From positions 8,567 to 72,566 of the forward strand of contig CAZCPL010000001.1 of the NCBI GenBank assembly GCA_964500255.1: a stretch of DNA of 64,000 bases. The letters run 5' to 3'. Below the pieces are notes generated by a model. That model made no database searches, was not told where the DNA came from, and was given only the letters and a program-made list of their open reading frames with translations. This DNA is from an uncultured Solibacteraceae bacterium. GTDB lineage: Bacteria > Acidobacteriota > Terriglobia > Bryobacterales > Bryobacteraceae. Shown piece by piece: positions 30,878 through 41,782 of the stretch; position 1 is the first letter of the stretch; the number at the start of each line of letters is the position of its first letter. Made by a program: the position numbers and the translations under genes.

Positions 30878-33517
30878 ATGAATCCGCAACGCTGGCAGTT
30901 GACGAAAGCTGTTTTCGAACAGGTCGACGGATTGCCGCGTGTCGAGGTAACCGCAGCCTTGGATCGCTTGTGTGCGGGCGATGGCGAGCTTCGCGGGGAT
31001 GTGGAAAGGCTGCTCGAGAACTGCGAAGGCACCGACGAGTTCATTGGCGAAGCGATCCGGCACGAGGCTGAGTTGCTGCAGGATCGACCGCAGCACGAGT
31101 TGCCGGAACGCATCGGGCCTTATCGCATTGTGCGGCGCATCGGGCAGGGCGGCATGGGCGCTGTGTTCGAGGCTCGTCGCGTCGACGACTTCCAAAAAAC
31201 AGTCGCGATCAAGGTCGTGAAACAGGAGTTCGATTCCGACTACGCACGCGTCCGATTTCAGCAGGAACGGCAGCTATTGGCGATGCTGGAGCATCCTTGG
31301 ATCGCGCGTTTGCTGGATGGCGGCGAGACCGAGTCGGGTAGCCCTTATCTCGTGCTGGAGCACGTCAAAGGTTTGTCGATCGGCAAGTATTGCGAGGGCC
31401 GCCCGCGAGAAGAGAAGCTCCGACTGTTCGTAAAAGTCTGTCAGGCGGTCGAATACGCGCACCGCAATCTGATCATCCATCGCGATCTCAAGCCAGGCAA
31501 TGTTTTGGTGACCGAAGACGGCGATCCCAAGCTGCTCGATTTCGGCATCGCGAAGTTGGTGGATACTTCCGGAGCGATGACGCAAACGGCGGCGGCGAAC
31601 ATGGCGTTCACCCCGGATTATGCGAGTCCGGAACAGGTGCGTGGACGAGCGATTTCCACGGCTTCGGATGTGTATTCGCTCGGCGTGATCCTCTATCAGA
31701 TCCTGACGGAACGCAAGCCCTATCGGCTCGATTCTGCAACTCCGCTGGAAATGGATCGCGCAGTTTGCATTGAACCGCCTGCGCCGCCGATGCTGGGCGA
31801 TGAGCTCGATCACATTATCTTGATGGCGTTGCGCAAAGAGCCGGAACGGCGCTATACGGATGTCCGATCGTTTGGCGCGGACATTGAGCGGTATCTAGCC
31901 AATAAGCCGGTATCGGCGCGTCCTGAAAGCCGCTGGTATGTCGCTCGCAAGTTCGTGGCACGCAATCGATGGGGCGTTACGGCAGCAACTCTGATCGCAA
32001 CAATCGCGGCGATGGGCTTTTTCTTTACGCTTCGTGAAAAGCAGCGTGCGGAACGCAGTTTTGGAGAAGTCCGCCAACTGGCGAACAAGTTCTTGTTTGA
32101 TTTCGACAACGCAGTGCAAGATCTGCCGGGATCCACCAAGGCTCGCGAGATGGTGGTGAAAACAGCGACCGAGTACTTGAATCGCTTGTCGCAGGATGCG
32201 CGCGGAAATCACGAGTTAGAAGCCGAATTGGCTGCGGGATTCGAGAAACTGGGCGATGTGCAGGGCAGTGTGTCCGCCCCAAGTCTGGGCCGTACGAAAG
32301 ATGCGTTGGCGAGCTACTATCGGGCGCGCGGCTTGTGGCAAGACGTGCTAGCCGCGCGCCCCACCGACGCGAAAGCCTTGAAGTCATTCGCTGCGGTCGT
32401 CTTGAAATCAAGCGATGTGGAGTTGCGAACCAATCATCGAGCGGAGGCGATGAAGAGTATTGAACTGGCCGCTGCGTCTGCGGAGAAAGGCCTTGCTCTT
32501 GCGCCGGACAATGACGAATTGCGCTATTTGAAGGGCGGCGCGTGGTATCGCAAGGGTGAGGCGTCGCGATTGGAAGATGACGGAGACGCAGCACTGGCCC
32601 ACTTCGCAGAGAGCCTTGCATGTTATCGAGAACTGATGCGGACACATCCTTCGCCACGCTATCGAAACACCGAAGGGACGGCGGAGAGCCGAGTTGGATT
32701 GGTGTTGTTGGAATCGTCACGGGTAGCGGAGGCGGTTCCCTATTTGCGGCGCACGGTGGAGGCGCGTAGGAAATTGGCAGCTGACAATCCAGCATCGGTG
32801 GCGATGCGGCGGGCGCTCGCAAGCTCACTCAACTTGTTGGGGGCGACGATGTGGTCGATTGAATCGGTGCATGCGGGGCAGAGCGAAGAAGCGGAGCGTG
32901 TGTTTCGGGAATCTGTGGATATACAGGCAACGATAGCCGCTGCCGACCCGCTTGATCGTGTCATCCGAGAGGACTTATTGGTGAGCCGTTACCGGTTGGC
33001 AACCGCGTTGTTGGATCGCGATCCGGCGGAGGCGCTGCGCTGCGCCGCTCTGGCGCGCGAAGGCTTGGCGGGGCGTCCGGAATCGACGGCAAGAACGGAT
33101 GTCCAGGAAAATCTGAAGAGGCTGGAATTTGTGGAGGCAGCGGCGCTCTTTGCGTTGGCGCGATATCCGGAAGCGCTACGTGCTTTGGATGCTGCGGAGC
33201 AGGGCGGAAGTGCGCCGGTTTCAGAGATGAAGCGGGAAACGCTTCGTGCACAAATCCTATCGAACACAGGCAAGCGGGCTGAGGGTTTGGCGTCACTGCG
33301 AAGGCTTGTGGACCCGCTCGCGAAGATCAGGGAATGGAAAGTGAAGACGATGATCGATGGCGCGTTGGCGTTTGAAGTGCTCGCCTCGATCGATTCGTCA
33401 CAGCGCTGCAAAAGAGCGGGAACGTGCGATCTGGACGATTTGGCAGAGCCGCAAGGGCTTGCCTCAGTGGTATCCGGAACGCAGGCTTCCCGCTCTCTGC
33501 ATGGATGCAAGGCCTAA
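30878..33517 (+). CDS. Membrane Ser/Thr protein kinase with TPR-like C-terminus
   Basis: IGQGGMGAV, VAIK, HRDLKPGN, DFG, YASPEQ, DVYSLG, TM segment; ATG 30878 (MNPQRW). Confidence 0.92.
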   Translation: MNPQRWQLTKAVFEQVDGLPRVEVTAALDRLCAGDGELRGDVERLLENCEGTDEFIGEAIRHEAELLQDRPQHELPERIGPYRIVRRIGQGGMGAVFEARRVDDFQKTVAIKVVKQEFDSDYARVRFQQERQLLAMLEHPWIARLLDGGETESGSPYLVLEHVKGLSIGKYCEGRPREEKLRLFVKVCQAVEYAHRNLIIHRDLKPGNVLVTEDGDPKLLDFGIAKLVDTSGAMTQTAAANMAFTPDYASPEQVRGRAISTASDVYSLGVILYQILTERKPYRLDSATPLEMDRAVCIEPPAPPMLGDELDHIILMALRKEPERRYTDVRSFGADIERYLANKPVSARPESRWYVARKFVARNRWGVTAATLIATIAAMGFFFTLREKQRAERSFGEVRQLANKFLFDFDNAVQDLPGSTKAREMVVKTATEYLNRLSQDARGNHELEAELAAGFEKLGDVQGSVSAPSLGRTKDALASYYRARGLWQDVLAARPTDAKALKSFAAVVLKSSDVELRTNHRAEAMKSIELAAASAEKGLALAPDNDELRYLKGGAWYRKGEASRLEDDGDAALAHFAESLACYRELMRTHPSPRYRNTEGTAESRVGLVLLESSRVAEAVPYLRRTVEARRKLAADNPASVAMRRALASSLNLLGATMWSIESVHAGQSEEAERVFRESVDIQATIAAADPLDRVIREDLLVSRYRLATALLDRDPAEALRCAALAREGLAGRPESTARTDVQENLKRLEFVEAAALFALARYPEALRALDAAEQGGSAPVSEMKRETLRAQILSNTGKRAEGLASLRRLVDPLAKIREWKVKTMIDGALAFEVLASIDSSQRCKRAGTCDLDDLAEPQGLASVVSGTQASRSLHGCKA

Positions 33518-34446
33518 GATTGTTTCAAGATCCGGATATTGCCGTTGGATGTCGAGAGATCGATCACTGGGCCGCCGACGCCAAGTTTGGCATCGAGGCT
33601 CTTGTGCTTGTTCTCATCGTCATCCGAGCCGCGGCGTTTCTCTACTTCGAAAAAATCGGTTTCGACGCGTGAGTTCGAAGTACGTGCACGCAGGTTCGCA
33701 TCGATTTTCTCGGGCAACTTCACGGTGATCGAACTGTTGGAAGTGCGTGCGCGAAGAGCGTGCGCAACCTTCATGCTGACTATTATGTTGCCGTTGGAGG
33801 TCTCGAGCTTCACCGGTTCCTGCGAGTCGATTTCCACAAGCTGCACATCGATTCCGCCGTTGGATGTGTACGCATCGAGCCAGCCCTTGGCGATATCGCC
33901 GCTGATCTTGCCGTTCGAAGTCCGAGCCTGCACCATGCCTTTGTGACCATCGAGATCGATGGATCCGTTGGAGGTTTCCACGGTCAGCTTGCCGATCATA
34001 TGAACGGCTTCGATGCGTCCGTTGGATGTCTGCAGGTTCGCGGGGCCTTCCACCCCATTCACCTGAATTCCACCGTTCGAGCTCTTGATCTTTTCGAGCT
34101 CCAACTTCTTGGGAACGCGAATCGCGAAACGGACGCCGCAGTTGCCGTTGAAGGTCGGCTTGTCGACGCGGATTCTGACGGAGTTGGGCGATGCGTCGAT
34201 GTCGATTCGGAGAGCCTTTAGAAGTTCAGCTGTCGCTGCGTTCTTGGTGCCGTTGATCTCGATCTCGTCGCGATCCCAGGTGCTGATATCGATGGCTCCA
34301 TTCTGGGTGTCGATGGCCAGACGGCTGCCTGGAACGACTTTGAAGGAGTGGTGAAAATCTTCGTGGAAACGTTCGGAATCCCCGAAACCGACGTGGCAGG
34401 CTCCGAGGAATGCAGCGGAGGCGGTGAGCAACAGGCGCAACAGCAT
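33514..34446 (-). CDS. DUF4097 beta-strand repeat lipoprotein
   Basis: Lipobox FLGAC; many xTSNGxI repeats. Confidence 0.88.
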   Translation of the reverse strand: MLLRLLLTASAAFLGACHVGFGDSERFHEDFHHSFKVVPGSRLAIDTQNGAIDISTWDRDEIEINGTKNAATAELLKALRIDIDASPNSVRIRVDKPTFNGNCGVRFAIRVPKKLELEKIKSSNGGIQVNGVEGPANLQTSNGRIEAVHMIGKLTVETSNGSIDLDGHKGMVQARTSNGKISGDIAKGWLDAYTSNGGIDVQLVEIDSQEPVKLETSNGNIIVSMKVAHALRARTSNSSITVKLPEKIDANLRARTSNSRVETDFFEVEKRRGSDDDENKHKSLDAKLGVGGPVIDLSTSNGNIRILKQS

Positions 34447-34509
34447 GAATGAATCCTCTGGCGGGGGATACGTAGCGGGCCCGAAGTTTGTTCCAATAAA
34501 AGATCCACC

Positions 34510-37500
34510 ATGCAGAAACTTCTTGCTCTCAACCGAGGCGAAATCGCCATCCGCATTCTTCGCGCCGCCAATGAACTGGGATTGAGGACTGTCGCTGTCT
34601 ATTCGCAGGAAGACCGGCTGAGTTTGCACCGATTCAAGGCAGATGAGGCATATCTGATTGGGGAGGGCAAGGGCCCGGTGCAAGCGTACCTCGATGTTGA
34701 GAACATCGTGGCGCTGGCGGCGGAAAAGAAGGTCGACGCGATTCATCCTGGCTATGGATTTCTTTCGGAGAACCCCGCGCTGGCTCGCGCTTGCACGAAG
34801 TACGGCGTGACGTTTGTGGGTCCGAGTGCGGAGTTGCTGGAACTGCTCGGCGACAAGACGCAAGCGCGGACGCTAGCGGCGAAGGCGGGAATTCCCACTG
34901 TTCCTGGAACGGAAGATCCGGTCGAGACTTTTGAAGAGATCGAAGCTGCCGCATTGAAAATCGGCTTTCCACTGATCGTGAAAGCGGCATTCGGCGGCGG
35001 CGGACGCGGGATGCGTGTGGTCGACAAGCCTGAAGATTTGCAGAGCAAAGTGGGCGAGGCGCAGCGCGAGGCCCTGGCAGCGTTTGGCAATGGCGCGGTG
35101 TTTTTGGAACGCTACATACGCAAGGCGCGGCACGTGGAAGTGCAGATTATAGGCGATACACACGGCAATGTTCTGCACTTGTATGAGCGCGATTGCTCGG
35201 TGCAACGGCGGCATCAAAAGGTTGTGGAAACGGCACCGGCAGTCAATCTTGCGCCGAAAATCCGTGCGGAACTTGCCGATGCGGCGGTGACGTTGGCAAA
35301 GGCGGGCGGATACTACAACGCAGGAACAGTGGAATTTCTCGTCGATGTGGAGGCGGGGGCCTGGTATTTCATCGAAGTGAATCCACGGGTGCAGGTGGAA
35401 CACACGGTGACGGAAATGATCACCGGCATCGACATCGTGCAGACACAGATACAGGTGGCCCAGGGCAAGAGCTTTAAGCAACTCGGTTTGCCGGAACAGA
35501 AAGATGTCCCGGTGCATGGTTTTGCGCTGCAGTGCCGCGTCACCACTGAGGATGCGGCCGCTGGCTTCATACCCGACTACGGCAAGATTCATACGTATCG
35601 TTCGCCCGCGGGCTTCGGCATCCGACTCGATGGCGCGTCGGCCTACGGCGGCGCGGTGATCACGCCTTACTACGATTCGCTACTGGTGAAGGTGACGGCG
35701 TGGGGACGGCAGTTTCCGGACGCCTGCCATCGTATGGATCGTGCGCTGCGCGAGTTCCGCATCCGCGGCGTGAAGACGAACATTCCGTTCCTCGAAAACG
35801 TGGTCAACCATCCGAAGTTTCAAGCGGGCGAGATCACGACGTCGTTTTTGGATGAGGATTCGTCGCTGTTCAAGTTCAGCGCGCGCCGCGATCGTGCGAC
35901 CAAGCTGCTCTCTTACCTGGGCGAGGTGATCATCAACGGCAACCCCGAAGTGAAGGGCAAACCGCGTCTGAAGAATCTGCGGACCCCGACCGCGCTCCCG
36001 CATGAGCTCACGTCCGCTCCGTATGGAACGCGGCAGAGGCTGTTGGATTTGGGTCCGGAAAAGTTCGCCCAGTGGACTCGTGAGCAGCGCCGGCTGCTGA
36101 TCACCGATACGACGTTTCGCGATGCGCACCAATCATTGATGGCGACACGCGTCCGCACCTATGACATGATGCAGGCGGCGAACTACGTATCGCACCGGAT
36201 GAGCGGCCTGTTCAGCCTGGAAATGTGGGGCGGCGCGACGTTCGATGTGGCTCTGCGGTTCCTGCTCGAAGACCCATGGATGCGGCTGTCGAAGCTGCGC
36301 GAAGCGATTCCGAACATCTGTTTTCAGATGCTGTTGCGCGCGTCGAATGCCGTTGGTTACACCGCTTATCCAGACAACGTGGTGGATGAGTTCATTCAGG
36401 AATCCTCGAAGCAAGGCATCGATATCTTCCGTGTGTTCGATTCGCTGAACTGGCTTCCGAACATGAAGCTACCGATGGAATCGGTTCGCAAAACGAACCG
36501 CTCGGTCTGCGAGGCGGCGGTCTGCTACACCGGCGATATTCTCGATCCGAAGCGCGACAAGTACTCGCTCGACTACTACGTCAAGATGGCGAAAGAACTC
36601 GAAAAGATGGGCGCTCACATCATCGCGATCAAGGATATGGCGGGCCTGTGCAAACCCTATGCTGCGCACAAGTTGGTGAAGACGCTGCGGGAGGAGGTCG
36701 GTTTGCCGATTCACTTCCACACGCACGATACGAGCGGCATCAATGCGTCGTCGATTTTCAAAGCTTCTGAAGCGGGCGTGGATGTGGCCGATGCGGCTCT
36801 GGCTTCGATGAGCGGCACCACATCGCAGCCGAATCTGAATTCGATCGTAGCGTCGTTGGCGAATACGGATCGCGACACGGGGCTGAATCTTGAGGCGCTC
36901 GACCGCGTGTCCGACTATTGGGAAATAGTGCGAACGCACTATTCGGCGTTCGATAGCGCGCCGAAATCGGGCACGGCGGAAGTGTATCTGCATGAGATGC
37001 CGGGCGGGCAGTATACGAATCTCAAAGAGCAGGCGGAATCGATGGGGTTGGGTCCGCGGTGGCATGAGGTGGCGGTGGCGTATCGCGACGTCAACATGGC
37101 ACTGGGTGACATCGTGAAGGTGACTCCGTCGAGCAAGGTGGTGGGCGATCTGGCGATTTTTTTGGTGAACAATGGCATGAAGGCGGCGGATCTCGCTAAG
37201 CTCGGCCGCGACCACAATTTGACGTTGCCGAACTCGGTGATCGAGATGTTGTCCGGAGATCTCGGCGAGCCCGAAGGCGGCTGGCCTGCGGATATCGTCG
37301 AGACCGTATTGAAGGGCAGGGAACCACGCAAGGGCAGGCCGGGCGAGCATCTGGAGGCTGTAGATCTCGATGCGGCGTTGGCGACTTTGGAAAAGAAGGC
37401 CGGGCGCAAGTGTTCGCATACGGACCTCATGAGTTATCTCATGTATCCGGAAGTGTTCTTGAAGTATGCGAAGGCGCATGCGAGTTATGGCGACGTGGAG

Positions 37501-37944
37501 GTGCTGCCGACTCCCGAGTTCTTCTTTGGCATGGAGAAAGACAAGGAGATCGGCGTGGAGCTTGAGCCTGGAAAGGTGCTGATCTTGAAGTTGCTGACGA
37601 TTTCAGATCCGCATCCGGATGGTTCGCGCATTGTGTTCTTCGAGTTGAACGGGCAGCCACGCGAGGTGAAGGTTCGCGATAGAGCGTTGCAGGCGGTGGC
37701 TCCGGCGAGGCCGAAGGCGGACGTCGGGAATCCGGGGCATGTGGGCGCGCCGATCCCTGGAGCGATTTCCAGTGTCGCGGTGGTCATCAACGCGCAGGTG
37801 GCCAAGGGCGATCGTTTGTTGGTGATGGAAGCGATGAAAATGCAGTCGACGATCTATGCTCCGGTGGCCGGTAAGGTTACGCAGTTGTTGGCGGCCGCCG
37901 GGCAGAACGTCGAGGCGAAAGATCTTTTGGTGGTGATCGAGTAA
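34510..37944 (+). CDS. pyc: Pyruvate carboxylase
   Basis: NRGEIAIR, HPGYGFLSEN, RDCSVQRRHQK, RDAHQS, KDMAG, HFHTH, EAMKM biotin site; 1144 aa. Confidence 0.97.
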   Translation: MQKLLALNRGEIAIRILRAANELGLRTVAVYSQEDRLSLHRFKADEAYLIGEGKGPVQAYLDVENIVALAAEKKVDAIHPGYGFLSENPALARACTKYGVTFVGPSAELLELLGDKTQARTLAAKAGIPTVPGTEDPVETFEEIEAAALKIGFPLIVKAAFGGGGRGMRVVDKPEDLQSKVGEAQREALAAFGNGAVFLERYIRKARHVEVQIIGDTHGNVLHLYERDCSVQRRHQKVVETAPAVNLAPKIRAELADAAVTLAKAGGYYNAGTVEFLVDVEAGAWYFIEVNPRVQVEHTVTEMITGIDIVQTQIQVAQGKSFKQLGLPEQKDVPVHGFALQCRVTTEDAAAGFIPDYGKIHTYRSPAGFGIRLDGASAYGGAVITPYYDSLLVKVTAWGRQFPDACHRMDRALREFRIRGVKTNIPFLENVVNHPKFQAGEITTSFLDEDSSLFKFSARRDRATKLLSYLGEVIINGNPEVKGKPRLKNLRTPTALPHELTSAPYGTRQRLLDLGPEKFAQWTREQRRLLITDTTFRDAHQSLMATRVRTYDMMQAANYVSHRMSGLFSLEMWGGATFDVALRFLLEDPWMRLSKLREAIPNICFQMLLRASNAVGYTAYPDNVVDEFIQESSKQGIDIFRVFDSLNWLPNMKLPMESVRKTNRSVCEAAVCYTGDILDPKRDKYSLDYYVKMAKELEKMGAHIIAIKDMAGLCKPYAAHKLVKTLREEVGLPIHFHTHDTSGINASSIFKASEAGVDVADAALASMSGTTSQPNLNSIVASLANTDRDTGLNLEALDRVSDYWEIVRTHYSAFDSAPKSGTAEVYLHEMPGGQYTNLKEQAESMGLGPRWHEVAVAYRDVNMALGDIVKVTPSSKVVGDLAIFLVNNGMKAADLAKLGRDHNLTLPNSVIEMLSGDLGEPEGGWPADIVETVLKGREPRKGRPGEHLEAVDLDAALATLEKKAGRKCSHTDLMSYLMYPEVFLKYAKAHASYGDVEVLPTPEFFFGMEKDKEIGVELEPGKVLILKLLTISDPHPDGSRIVFFELNGQPREVKVRDRALQAVAPARPKADVGNPGHVGAPIPGAISSVAVVINAQVAKGDRLLVMEAMKMQSTIYAPVAGKVTQLLAAAGQNVEAKDLLVVIE

Positions 37945-38042
37945 GGGCTTGCTCTCGCCAAGCGCGGCACCTGCACGCCTGTGAATCGAGCGGTTGTAAC
38001 AGTGCTGCTAGAGCACCTCGCCGCTGCTATCATCGCTTGCAT

Positions 38043-40187
38043 ATGCGGTTGCTTCCTCTTTTCATTGCCCTTTCGCCGCTCGTCATAGCAGCCAAACAAC
38101 CCGTCACCATGGCCGATCTGTTGAAGATCCGGCGAGTGACTTCCGTCGAGGTGACGCCCAGTGGGTCTCACGCCATCTTCGGAGTCCAATCCATCGAGAC
38201 CAAAACTGTCTCTGGCGATCCGCAGTATCGTGCGCATCTCTTCTCCATCGATCTCAACGACACCACTGGAAAACCTGTACAGTTGACGCACGGCCTGCGC
38301 AATGACAACGGCATCGCGATTAGCCCCGATGGCAGGCAGTTCGCATTTTTGCGAACCGAAGACGGCAAGGCGCAGGTCTGGCTTATGCCCCTTGGCATGC
38401 CTGGCGAAGCGCATTCCATAGGCAAGTTCGAGAACGGCGCGCGGACGGTCAAGTGGCGTCCGGATGGCAAGGCTTTGCTGGTGACGTCGCCCATCCCGGT
38501 ATCGAAGATCGAAGGCAAACCGCATTTCCCCCTCGATCGGCCACGCCGGGATTGGAACGATACCGACAAGAAAGACGCCCGCCCGGACGGAGATCTGAGG
38601 GAAGTCCGCAACTGGCTCGACAAGAACGCCGCAAAGAGCGATCCCACCGCGATTACTCGAATTAACTTTCTCGACGAGCAAGGTCTCGAACCGGAGATGT
38701 CTATCTCGCAGCTATTTCTGTTGGACTCGGAAACAGGCAAATCGACGCAACTCACTAAAGACTTCTATAACCATCGTGACGCAGTTTGGTCATCCGACGG
38801 CAAGCAGATCGCCTTCGTCAGCACGCCGCCGGTGAACGTGCACCCTGACCGCTTGTCTCGTTCGAGCATCTGGACGATGAACGCGGACGGATCTGACATC
38901 CATACTTCAATGGATGATGAACTATGGACGTACGGATCGCCGCGCTACTCCGAAGACGGCAAGTCGCTCTACTTCACCGCCACTGAAACTGCCGATCAGT
39001 TCTTCCGTCAGTCCAAACTTGCAAAGATCGATCTCGCCAGCAAATCCCAGCAGTGGCTCGCAAGCGAGTGGCAATCGACGGTGCAACCGATCGACGCCAG
39101 TGGGGGTTCTGTCTACTTCACCTCGAGTTGGCAAGGCGGATCGCCGCTGCATCGCGTGAACGCCGACGGCAAACTCGAAGCACTGGTGCAAGGCCCTGTG
39201 GGCGTTTCCGCGTTCGACATCGCCGCCGGACGCATCGTCTACGCCGAAATCAGCGTCGCAAATCCGAACGAGTTGTTCCTGCTCGATCGCAACGGCAAGC
39301 GCCGCCAACTCACCTCGCTCAACAGCGACTGGCTCGCGGACAAAGAGATCGTCCAACCCGAAGAGCATTGGATCACACGTCCAGACGGCTTCAAAGTGCA
39401 GTATTGGATCATGAAGCCGTCGGGTTTCGATGCCACGAAAAAGTATCCAGTCGTGCTCGACATGCATGGCGGACCCAGCGCAATGTGGGGACCCGGCGAA
39501 CTCAGCATGTGGCACGAGTTCCAGATTTTTTGTTCATGGGGCTATGGCGTCGTCTATTCGAATCCGCGAGGATCGAGCGGTTATGGATACGAGTTTCAAA
39601 AGGCCAACTTCAAGAATTGGGGCGACGGACCCGCCGCCGACGTGCTTGCGGCCTTCGACGAATCGGTCAAGAACAACCCGTGGATCGACACCGAGCGCGA
39701 GTTCATCACTGGGGGCTCGTATGCCGGATACCTCACCGCTTGGATCATCGGCCACGACCATCGATTCAAAGCTGCGGCCGCGCAGCGCGGGGTCTATGAG
39801 CTTTCGACCTTCTTTGGCGAAGGCAATGCTTTTCGCCTTGTGCCGAACCATTTCGGAGGCTACCCGTGGGATCCGGAAACGCGCAGGATTCTCGACCAGC
39901 AATCGCCATTCACACACGTCGCCAAGATCAAGACGCCGTTTCTGATTCTGCATGGTTCGCAAGATCTGCGAACTGGCGTGACGCAGAGCGAGATGATGTT
40001 TAAGGCTTTGGCGCAGTTGGGCAAGCAGGTGGAATACATCCGCTATCCTAACGTTGGACATGAGCAGACGCGATCCGGACCGCCGGTGCAGCGAATGGAT
40101 CACATGCTGCGCATCCTGGAGTTCTTCGAGCGTTACGCGAAGAACGACCGGCCTGTTCCCGCTGCTAAAATAGAAGTTCAACCGTGA
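38043..40187 (+). CDS. S9 family peptidase (beta-propeller plus alpha/beta hydrolase)
   Basis: HGGP, NPRGSSGYG, GGSYAG, D and H catalytic residues; signal peptide. Confidence 0.92.
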   Translation: MRLLPLFIALSPLVIAAKQPVTMADLLKIRRVTSVEVTPSGSHAIFGVQSIETKTVSGDPQYRAHLFSIDLNDTTGKPVQLTHGLRNDNGIAISPDGRQFAFLRTEDGKAQVWLMPLGMPGEAHSIGKFENGARTVKWRPDGKALLVTSPIPVSKIEGKPHFPLDRPRRDWNDTDKKDARPDGDLREVRNWLDKNAAKSDPTAITRINFLDEQGLEPEMSISQLFLLDSETGKSTQLTKDFYNHRDAVWSSDGKQIAFVSTPPVNVHPDRLSRSSIWTMNADGSDIHTSMDDELWTYGSPRYSEDGKSLYFTATETADQFFRQSKLAKIDLASKSQQWLASEWQSTVQPIDASGGSVYFTSSWQGGSPLHRVNADGKLEALVQGPVGVSAFDIAAGRIVYAEISVANPNELFLLDRNGKRRQLTSLNSDWLADKEIVQPEEHWITRPDGFKVQYWIMKPSGFDATKKYPVVLDMHGGPSAMWGPGELSMWHEFQIFCSWGYGVVYSNPRGSSGYGYEFQKANFKNWGDGPAADVLAAFDESVKNNPWIDTEREFITGGSYAGYLTAWIIGHDHRFKAAAAQRGVYELSTFFGEGNAFRLVPNHFGGYPWDPETRRILDQQSPFTHVAKIKTPFLILHGSQDLRTGVTQSEMMFKALAQLGKQVEYIRYPNVGHEQTRSGPPVQRMDHMLRILEFFERYAKNDRPVPAAKIEVQP

Positions 40188-41248
40188 AACAGATCTACGC
40201 CAATTGGATGAACAATTGGGAAAACCAACTGTGCTTCCGCTCGAACAACCGCGTGGTGCGCCCTTTCGAATGGGGCGTGGAATGGTCTCGCGATTGGCCG
40301 GTTGCGAGAATGCATCCCAAGAACGGGCATTCAGAAGCTGCCTATTTGAAGCTCATGAACGAGCTTGCGATCCAGCATTCCGACCACTTCTTCGACTACA
40401 AAACTCCCACTGACTTCAGAATCGACGGCCAGAACATGGTGCGCTTCACCTCGCCTGTCGAGTCGCCCTATCCGGAAAACAATCTCGTGCATGGCGTGTT
40501 CTATCCGGCGCGCAACGGGCGCGGCGCGCGTGGATCATTCAACCGCAAGACTGCGGTGATCGTGCTGCCGCATTGGAACGCCAGCTTTGGCCAGCATCAG
40601 GCACTCGCGGCGGGCATCGCGAAGTTCGGGATGGCGGCCGTGCGCATGACGCTGCCGTATCATGACCATCGCATGCCGCCCGAATTGCAGCGCGCCGACT
40701 ACGCGGTGTCATCGAACATTGGGCGCACGATTCACTCGACGCGCCAAGCCGTGATCGATGTCCGTGCGATGGCGGATTGGCTGCAAACACAGGGTTACGA
40801 ACGCATCGCGCTGTGTGGGACTTCGTTGGGTTCCTGCTATGCCTACATCGCGAGCGCCCATGACGATCGCTTCGAGGTGAACGTCTACAATCACTGTTCG
40901 ACGCACTTCGGCGATGTTGTTTGGGAAGGGCTTTCGACCCAGCACATTCGCGAGGGACTCGAAGGCAATGTCTCTGTGGAGGATTTGCGCGATCTGTGGT
41001 CGGCGATCAGTCCGCCAGCGTACTTCGATAAGTACGCGAGCAAGAAGAAGAAATCGCTGTTCATGTACGCGGCCTACGATACGACTTTTCCTCCGCATAT
41101 GTCGAAGGATGTGGTCCGAAATGCTCTGCAGAAGGGCATCGATCACAAGGCCGTCTGCCTGCCGTGTGGCCACTATACCGAAGGTGAGACGCCGTTCAAG
41201 TTCATGGCCGGCTATCACATCATTTCGTATTTGAAACGCAATCTTTAG
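40184..41248 (+). CDS. Alpha/beta hydrolase (ABHD18-like)
   Basis: GTSLG nucleophile elbow, YD and CGHY. Confidence 0.8.
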   Translation: MKQIYANWMNNWENQLCFRSNNRVVRPFEWGVEWSRDWPVARMHPKNGHSEAAYLKLMNELAIQHSDHFFDYKTPTDFRIDGQNMVRFTSPVESPYPENNLVHGVFYPARNGRGARGSFNRKTAVIVLPHWNASFGQHQALAAGIAKFGMAAVRMTLPYHDHRMPPELQRADYAVSSNIGRTIHSTRQAVIDVRAMADWLQTQGYERIALCGTSLGSCYAYIASAHDDRFEVNVYNHCSTHFGDVVWEGLSTQHIREGLEGNVSVEDLRDLWSAISPPAYFDKYASKKKKSLFMYAAYDTTFPPHMSKDVVRNALQKGIDHKAVCLPCGHYTEGETPFKFMAGYHIISYLKRNL

Positions 41249-41284
41249 CGAAGCGGAATCCTTAAGCTGAAAGAAGGAGGCGCG

Positions 41285-41549
41285 ATGGCGAACTTGGATT
41301 GGTCTCAATGCCCAGTTGTGGAAAGTGTTCCAGGCAGGCTGAGTGGAGCTTGGGTCTTCCGCGACACACCGGATGCCGGCGTCTGCTCTATTCGAAAATC
41401 TCGAAGCTGGGGCTACGATTCATGAAATATCGGAATGGGTTCGACATTTCCAAGCAACAGGTGATCGAAGTCTTAAAGTTTGCGGGCCGGAGTGTCGCGG
41501 CACCGCCCGTCGACGAGAGTCGGCGGCTCTCGATGCGCATTCTGTTTGA
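41285..41549 (+). pseudogene. DUF433 family antitoxin, two frameshifts
   Basis: MANLDWSQCPVVESVPGRLSGAWVFRDT / RMPASALFENLEAGATIHEISEW / FDISKQQVIEVLKFA in three frames. Confidence 0.85.
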
Positions 41550-41683
41550 CCACGTTTGACCATGCCGATCACTGCCGACAACAACATGCGTTACCTGCAG
41601 AATCTGAGTCGCTGCGATCGTCACCGCCGTAGACGAATCTACACCCAGGTAGTTCCATTGAAGTGACCATTCCCTACGATTGA
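41533..41683 (+). pseudogene. DUF5615/PIN-like toxin remnant
   Basis: MRILFDH...ITADNNMRYLQNLS...IEVTIP with large deletions; directly follows the DUF433 gene. Confidence 0.75.
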
Positions 41684-41782
41684 GTTTTGGTGGGGCCTCT
41701 AACTAAAGTCAGACTGAACACCTTTACTCGACAGGACATTCGCCCGGGTCCGCAATCCCGAATAAGCTGGTGTGAGCGAAAA

